From a cyanobacterium endosymbiont of Rhopalodia gibba (lineage in GTDB: Bacteria; Cyanobacteriota; Cyanobacteriia; Cyanobacteriales; Microcystaceae): 64,000 nucleotides of DNA. How positions within the stretch are numbered: the first letter of the stretch is position 1; every line of letters begins with the position of its first letter. Below, in pieces: positions 58,003-64,000 of this stretch. Location: assembly GCA_045159875.1 (NCBI GenBank), contig CP067995.1, forward strand, positions 992,001-1,056,000, given 5' to 3'. A program made the position numbers and the translations under genes. The notes beneath the pieces are model-generated. The model ran no database searches. It saw only the letters and a list, made by a program, of their open reading frames with translations, and was not told the origin of the DNA.

Positions 58003-58667
58003 GAGACTACTTATTAAGAAAACCTTCAGGAAAGTACATTAGAAAAATTCTTGTTATGACGAGATAAAGTAGACTGTAGTCTTTATTAAACTGTGATGTA
58101 GTATACATACAGTTTTTTATATATTGTGCTGCACTAATACACCCGACAGCTCTCTTAAGATTTACTTTATAAAAAGTCTCTGATACTTTCACTACTGATT
58201 TAAGAGCCAATGAGAAGAAAGAATTTATAATATTGACTATGATTGAATTAACTTTCGATGAATATCCTAGACAATAGGATAAGATAAAAAGAAAATTTTA
58301 ATTAATTAAAGATTTGTTAAAATGGGCTATTAGAGTCTCTAAAAATGTTCCTAGATTTTTAGTTACAGTATTTTATAAAAAAAATAAACATTCATAATTC
58401 AATTATTTATTTAAATGATATTTAAACTCAAACTATCATCTAAGCAGGAATGGAAAAGGTCGTATTTCTAATGTCAGTTTAGCAATTAAAGAGTTACAGT
58501 TGACTGCAGTAGCAATTCTTTATCCTTTCACAATTAAAATAAAAAGTTAAATTAATAATAACTATTATTATCTTTGTTCAATTTTGATATTCGCTCTTAA
58601 TTGATAAGAACACAGCCACAAAATATTGTGCTATCGTGCTTTATTTCCTATATTCTTTAGGCTCTAA

Positions 58668-59306
58668 TTACGTTATTAGAATCTTTCTAATCTTTTCGAC
58701 CCAAGAATTAATCCGATCGCAATTGAGGCGATAATTTAGAGGATGAGCAATTAAATGAGCGGTACTTTCAAACAACGTATCAATTTCCACTAAGCCATTT
58801 TGTTTCAACGTTTTTCCGGTAGAAACTAAGTCTACAATTGCTTCTGACATTCCGGTTATAGGTCCTAATTCAACTGATCCATAAAGGGTGATAATTTCTA
58901 TGGGTAAATTTAAATTATGAAAATAGTTTTTAGCACAATTAACGAATTTGGAAGCTACTTTTCCATGAGGAGGAAGATCCACAGTCCGTTTATAAGGACT
59001 AGCCTGAGAGACTGCAACAGACATTCGACAATAGCCAAAAGTCAGATCTACTAAATCCGCCACTACGGGAGTTTTTTCTAATAATAAATCATAGCCAACA
59101 ATACCTAATTGGGCTTGTCCGTATTCAACATAAACTGGAACATCTGTTGCCCGAACTAATAATGCTTTAGCAGTATTAGTAGAGTCTATAATTTGCAATT
59201 GACGATTTTTGGGGTCGAGAAAAGTACCAAAATCTAATCCAATCTTTTGGAAAAGTTTGATACTGTCGGACAGAAGTGCACCTTTTGGGATGGCAACAGT
59301 TAACAT
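58668..59306 (-). CDS. hisG: ATP phosphoribosyltransferase, short (HisZ-dependent) form
   Basis: AIPKG, RATDVP, VASKF, GSVEL, DLVSTGKTL; 212 aa without the regulatory domain. Confidence 0.96.
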   Translation of the reverse strand: MLTVAIPKGALLSDSIKLFQKIGLDFGTFLDPKNRQLQIIDSTNTAKALLVRATDVPVYVEYGQAQLGIVGYDLLLEKTPVVADLVDLTFGYCRMSVAVSQASPYKRTVDLPPHGKVASKFVNCAKNYFHNLNLPIEIITLYGSVELGPITGMSEAIVDLVSTGKTLKQNGLVEIDTLFESTAHLIAHPLNYRLNCDRINSWVEKIRKILIT

Positions 59307-59439
59307 AGACTATTAATTGTAATTAATAGTTAAATCTTCTCACATATTTTTTGAGTTTAGGATATTTTTTTACAGAAAATTTAATAATCTATTGTTGGTT
59401 AAGGAGAAAAAATGGATAAAATAAATAATAGAAATAGAG

Positions 59440-60192
59440 TTAGGAAAAATCATACAATTGGTACTGAACCCCTGTTTCAAAAATCCTAACTCCACCCCCT
59501 TCAGCAACTGTCTGTCGCAAAGCGTTGGGATCAACAACAGTCACCCCTGCAAGGTAATCTATCCCAAATTCAGCTAACTCTGCTAACCAAGGAACTGTCG
59601 GTCCCATTAACACTAATTTTGCATCCCTAGAAAGTTCTACTAAGCGAGGAAAAGTTTTATTAGGGATAGAAGTCCCCGTTAGAAATACCCAGTCAGACTC
59701 GGGTAATAAGTATTCTGATGCAGGTGCGGGAAAGTCGCCAGGACTTGGTTTGAGTTCAATTATATTAATTGTCATTTCAGTTTTGTAACGGTTTAATCCT
59801 GGGTAGCGTCCAATGACTGAAACCCGTTTTCCTCTCAATTGGGGGAGGAAATGCTCAAAGACTGCTAAATTAGCTGGGCCAGATGAAAAAACGGGCTGGC
59901 TTATTTCCGAAAGGTTAGACTGAGAATTGATCACAGCATTAATTGCAGCCATTCCAATTGTTGCTTGATAAGGATCCCAAGATCGCAACCAAGGGGCTAC
60001 ATCTGCTATAGTCTGATTGACTAAAGTTCCTGACCAGGAAAGGGTACGTGTCGGAATAGTCGGACTCATACACAGTCCAATTTTTTTACTATGACAAATG
60101 GTCCAGGTTAAACCGATGATAACCTCTTGGATAGGTGTAGTGTTGGTTCCATAATCTAGAAGTAAATCGTAAATTTCTTTAGGATTGATCAT
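59440..60192 (-). CDS. DUF364 family Rossmann-like protein
   Basis: [38 protein letters not shown]; start moved to the ATG at 60192. Confidence 0.82.
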   Translation of the reverse strand: MINPKEIYDLLLDYGTNTTPIQEVIIGLTWTICHSKKIGLCMSPTIPTRTLSWSGTLVNQTIADVAPWLRSWDPYQATIGMAAINAVINSQSNLSEISQPVFSSGPANLAVFEHFLPQLRGKRVSVIGRYPGLNRYKTEMTINIIELKPSPGDFPAPASEYLLPESDWVFLTGTSIPNKTFPRLVELSRDAKLVLMGPTVPWLAELAEFGIDYLAGVTVVDPNALRQTVAEGGGVRIFETGVQYQLYDFS

Positions 60193-60318
60193 TTTAGAGT
60201 AAGTAGGGGACATGTACAGAATAATCTAAAAAAATACCTCCTGCTTACGATGCCTCCCAAAAAGATTAAAATGTGGAGTTCCAGTGATAGGATAACAAGT
60301 GCGCTCGCTGGTGAATGT

Positions 60319-61302
60319 ATGGCAGAAACTTTATTATTTAACGCACTCCGTCAAGCCATTGATGAAGAAATGGCATCTGACAAGACAGTCTTTGTTTTAG
60401 GAGAAGATGTAGGCCACTATGGCGGTTCCTACAAGGTAACAAAAGATCTCTACAAAAAGTATGGAGATCTAAGGGTCCTCGATACTCCGATTGCTGAAAA
60501 TAGCTTTACGGGAATGGCTGTTGGTGCTGCTATGACAGGGCTACGCCCCATTATAGAAGGGATGAACATGGGTTTTTTACTACTAGCTTTTAATCAAATT
60601 TCTAACAATGCAGGGATGTTGCGATATACCTCTGGAGGAAACTTCAAAATTCCGATGGTCATTCGTGGTCCAGGGGGTGTAGGACGGCAGTTAGGAGCTG
60701 AACACTCTCAACGCCTCGAAGCCTATTTTCATGCGGTTCCTGGGCTTAAAATTGTTGCCTGTTCTACTCCTTACAATGCGAAGGGACTCCTTAAAGCAGC
60801 TATCCGAGATGAAAATCCTGTTCTGTTTTTTGAACACGTTCTTCTTTATAATCTTAAAGAGAAACTTCCTGATACAGAATATACAGTGCCCTTGGATAAG
60901 GCCGAAATCGTCCGATCTGGGAAAGATGTCACTGTATTAACTTACTCTAGAATGCGTCATCATTGTCTTCAAGCGTTGAAAAAATTAGAATCCGAAGGGT
61001 ATGACCCCGAAATTATTGACTTAATTTCCCTCAAACCCTTTGACTTAGAAACCATTGGAAATTCTATTAGTAAAACCCATCGGGTAATTATTGTGGAAGA
61101 ATGCATGAAAACAGGAGGAATTGCTGCTGAATTAATTGCTCTAATTAATGATAATTTCTTTGACGAATTGGATGCCCCTGTCATTCGCTTATCATCCCAA
61201 GATATCCCTACCCCCTACAACGGCAAGCTAGAAAATCTAACTATTGTTCAACCTCATAAAATTGTTGAAGCAGTGCAGAAAATAGTTGCATTGCAGGTTT
61301 AA
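60319..61302 (+). CDS. pdhB: Pyruvate dehydrogenase E1 beta subunit
   Basis: [24 protein letters not shown]; likely start MAETL at 60319. Confidence 0.97.
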   Translation: MAETLLFNALRQAIDEEMASDKTVFVLGEDVGHYGGSYKVTKDLYKKYGDLRVLDTPIAENSFTGMAVGAAMTGLRPIIEGMNMGFLLLAFNQISNNAGMLRYTSGGNFKIPMVIRGPGGVGRQLGAEHSQRLEAYFHAVPGLKIVACSTPYNAKGLLKAAIRDENPVLFFEHVLLYNLKEKLPDTEYTVPLDKAEIVRSGKDVTVLTYSRMRHHCLQALKKLESEGYDPEIIDLISLKPFDLETIGNSISKTHRVIIVEECMKTGGIAAELIALINDNFFDELDAPVIRLSSQDIPTPYNGKLENLTIVQPHKIVEAVQKIVALQV

Positions 61303-61374
61303 ATGTAAGGGAAAGACTGGGAGTTCATTTTTTACGGTACTGCCCCTCTTCTCTAACTTCATAAAGGAATCATT

Positions 61375-62787
61375 ATGCAACAACAGCGTTTAGTCCTTGG
61401 TTTGATTGCCGCCCTGACTATTGGGGCAATCGCCATTTTAGTAGTTATTCCCCTACAATTAGGGTTAGACCTTAAAGGAGGGGCGCAGTTAACCATTCAA
61501 GTTAAACCCACCGACAAGATTCAAAACATCAGTCCAGAAGACTTGGAAACACAAAAAGTTGTGTTAGGGAATAGGGTTAATGCTTTGGGGGTAGCTGAAC
61601 CCATTGTGCAAACCTTGGGACAAGATAAAATTGTTATCCAGTTACCAGGAGTTACTGATTCTCAACAGGCAGAGCGGGTGTTAGGGGGGACCGCCCAATT
61701 GGAGTTTCGAGAACAAAAACAAGGAACTGAAGGTCAGTTTCAAGCAGAATTTACAATTAAACGACAATTAGAAGTAGAATTAGCAGTTCTAAGACGGGAT
61801 GGCATATTAGATGAAAATGCCGAACGTGTTGTGGAACTAACTCAATCTATTGGACAATCGAACCTTGCCATCTTAGATTTGTTTAAATCAGTCGGTTTAA
61901 CCGGAAAAAATCTTAACAATGCTCGTCCTAGTCCCACCCAAGCAGGAACTAGTTGGGAGGTAGCTATCGAATTTGATAATGACGGGGGCAAAAAGTTCGC
62001 CGAACTCACGAAAAATCTGGCGGGAACTGGTCGTAGTATTGGAATTTTTTTAGATGATACCCTAATTAGTGCACCAATTGTAGGTGTGGAGTTTGCTAAC
62101 ACTGGGATTACGGGAGGTAGTGCTGTCATTACAGGGAATTTTACTATTGATAGTGCCAATGACCTCGCCGTTCAAATTCGCGGAGGATCTTTACCATTTC
62201 CGGTAGAAGTGGTAGAAAACCGTACTGTCGGGGCAACTTTAGGGAAAGAAAGCATCCGAAGCAGTATTTATGCTGGGGTGGCTGGGTTAATTCTTGTGTT
62301 AATCTTCATGGCAGTTTATTATCGTCTTCCCGGGATGATTGCTAATTTGGCCTTGGGGATTTATACCCTATACACCTTGGCCTTTTACGCTTTGATTGGC
62401 GTTACCTTAACGTTACCTGGAATTGCTGGATTTATCTTAAGTATTGGCATGGCTGTGGATGCAAATGTACTGATTTTTGAGCGAACTCGTGAAGAATTGC
62501 GCTCTGGAAATAGTTTATATCGTTCCGTAGAATTTGGATTTAATCGTGCATTTTCGAGTATTTTGGATAGCAATGTCACTACTTTGATTGCTTGCAGTGC
62601 CTTGTTTGGATTAGGGTCAGGATTGGTTAAAGGATTTGCTCTCACCCTTGGTATTGGCGTATTGATAAGTATGTTTACGGCAGTTACTTGTAGCCGAACT
62701 CTTTCACTATTAATGGTATTAGGATTGCCCTCAGTTCGTAAAAAACCTGAATTATTTTGTCCTAATTTACCCAAAAACGTTAATTAG
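61375..62787 (+). CDS. secD: Protein translocase subunit SecD
   Basis: LGLDLKGG, QLPG, GSLP, LTLPGIAG, IGMAVDANVLIFER, DSNVTT. Confidence 0.97.
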   Translation: MQQQRLVLGLIAALTIGAIAILVVIPLQLGLDLKGGAQLTIQVKPTDKIQNISPEDLETQKVVLGNRVNALGVAEPIVQTLGQDKIVIQLPGVTDSQQAERVLGGTAQLEFREQKQGTEGQFQAEFTIKRQLEVELAVLRRDGILDENAERVVELTQSIGQSNLAILDLFKSVGLTGKNLNNARPSPTQAGTSWEVAIEFDNDGGKKFAELTKNLAGTGRSIGIFLDDTLISAPIVGVEFANTGITGGSAVITGNFTIDSANDLAVQIRGGSLPFPVEVVENRTVGATLGKESIRSSIYAGVAGLILVLIFMAVYYRLPGMIANLALGIYTLYTLAFYALIGVTLTLPGIAGFILSIGMAVDANVLIFERTREELRSGNSLYRSVEFGFNRAFSSILDSNVTTLIACSALFGLGSGLVKGFALTLGIGVLISMFTAVTCSRTLSLLMVLGLPSVRKKPELFCPNLPKNVN

Positions 62788-62898
62788 TTTTTTCCTTAAA
62801 TTAAATTTACTAGTGTGAACCTCAAGGGAAAAGAGGAAAAAATTTTGTTAATGAACTTCCTCACTGTTGCATTCTACTAATTTATTAATGACCAAACA

Positions 62899-63828
62899 AT
62901 GAAATTACATATTCTTAAATGGGAACGCTTATGGTGGTCGATTTCAGCACTTCTTATTTTTAGTGGAATCATCGCGATGGTAATTTCCTATTCCACCTTC
63001 AATTCGCCTGTACGTCCAGGAATAGACTTTATTGGGGGAACTCGACTACAGTTACAATTAGTCTGTGCGGAAGAAGAAACCTGTGACCAGTCCATCGATA
63101 CAGGGAAAGTCCGAGAAATTTTGGTTCAACAGGGCTTGAATGGTAGTATTCAGGTATTAGAAAACAACATTCTATCAATTAGGAGTAAAAATCTCGACGT
63201 TGACCAACGCACTCAGTTACAACAAGTTTTAAACGAAAAGGTTGGACAATTTGACCCTGAGACTATTCAAATTGATACAGTAGGTCCGACAGTGGGAGGA
63301 GAGTTATTTAAATCGGGAATTCTAGCCTTGTTAGTAGCTTTCTTTGGAATCATTGTCTATCTTACTGTTCGCTTTCAATTCGACTATGCCTTCTTTGCAA
63401 TTATTGCTCTTCTTCATGATGTTTTCATTACGATGGGAGTCTTTGCTGTGTTAGGGTTAATCACAGAAATTGAAGTTGATAGTCTATCTTTGGTCGCTTT
63501 ATTAACAATTATTGGATTCTCGGTTAATGATACAGTGGTCATTTATGATCGCATTCGAGACAATATAGACAAAAAGCCTGACATCTCCATTAACGAGATA
63601 GTAGAAACTTCCGTTAACCAAAGTCTTGCCCGTTCCATTAATACTAGTGTTACTACCATATTACCGTTATTAGCTATTTTCCTATTTGGGGGAGAAACCC
63701 TAAAATATTTTTCCCTCGCCTTAATTATTGGCTTTCTTGCTGGGGCTTATTCTAGTATTTTTATTGCTAGTACCTTATTAGCTTGGTGGCGTAACCGTAC
63801 ACTTTCTTCTTCTTCGGTAGAATTTTAA
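62899..63828 (+). CDS. secF: Protein translocase subunit SecF
   Basis: GIDFIGG, VGPTVG, ALLHD, GFSVNDTVVIYDRIR, RSINT, YSSIFIA. Confidence 0.97.
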   Translation: MKLHILKWERLWWSISALLIFSGIIAMVISYSTFNSPVRPGIDFIGGTRLQLQLVCAEEETCDQSIDTGKVREILVQQGLNGSIQVLENNILSIRSKNLDVDQRTQLQQVLNEKVGQFDPETIQIDTVGPTVGGELFKSGILALLVAFFGIIVYLTVRFQFDYAFFAIIALLHDVFITMGVFAVLGLITEIEVDSLSLVALLTIIGFSVNDTVVIYDRIRDNIDKKPDISINEIVETSVNQSLARSINTSVTTILPLLAIFLFGGETLKYFSLALIIGFLAGAYSSIFIASTLLAWWRNRTLSSSSVEF

Positions 63829-64000
63829 AGTAAATCACTAACTCAATTCTTGACAAAGTTTTCGAAAATGATCACCACGATGTTCAAAACTCTGATACTG
63901 ATCAAAACTGGCGCAAGCGGGAGAAAACAATACTACTTTTACCTTCTGTTTTTGCCCTAATTCTAATCCTCGTTTAACAGCATTTTCTAGAGTTTCTACT

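Noticed and set aside
55000..58560. ORFs 55443-55631 and 58007-58210 and surrounding relic-like DNA
   Set aside because: Low-complexity AT-rich translations with no motif or RBS
4534..62774. Short ORFs overlapping real genes (e.g. 4534, 10570, 16233, 16321, 17079, 18722, 19785, 23110, 32228, 34129, 34903, 37704, 38646, 42512, 46975, 49124, 51168, 57134, 57538, 60731, 60969, 61842, 62385)
   Set aside because: Antisense or alternate-frame shadows of confident CDSs with no motifs
1..64000. CRISPR array, prophage, defence system, rRNA
   Set aside because: No regularly spaced direct repeats and no cas, integrase, phage or rRNA signatures seen
63850..64000. Possible gene start after secF
   Set aside because: Interrupted by stops and truncated by the window edge

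Overview
AT-rich cyanobacterial chromosome segment undergoing genome reduction. The 38 intact CDSs I accept sum to about 35 kb (about 55% coding) and are separated by 1-3 kb AT-rich gaps. Several gaps hold recognisable pseudogenes: glgX, a natC/livM permease, an FKBP PPIase, a DUF3493/LPA1-like gene, GT2 and WecB/TagA glycosyltransferases, and an IS630 relic. Intact genes are housekeeping: accA, folE, rdgB, malQ, csaB, ffh, minCDE, moeB, icd, acpP-fabF, sufR/sufBCDS, atx1, ddl, hisG, pdhB, secDF, plus tRNA-Thr(CGT) and tRNA-Val(GAC). The pattern fits an obligate cyanobacterial endosymbiont such as the N2-fixing spheroid body (diazoplast) of rhopalodiacean diatoms; this is inference, as no nif or rRNA gene is in the window. 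I found no CRISPR array, prophage or defence island. The best leads are non-coding: structured GC-richer islands in the SDR-folE leader and the rdgB-malQ spacer, long near-loopless palindromes at gene ends, an intact SufR double operator and decayed HIP1. Selective retention of a Tat-signal pseudo-orthocaspase and of several transporters is also notable. All product calls come from motif recognition by eye, not database searches.
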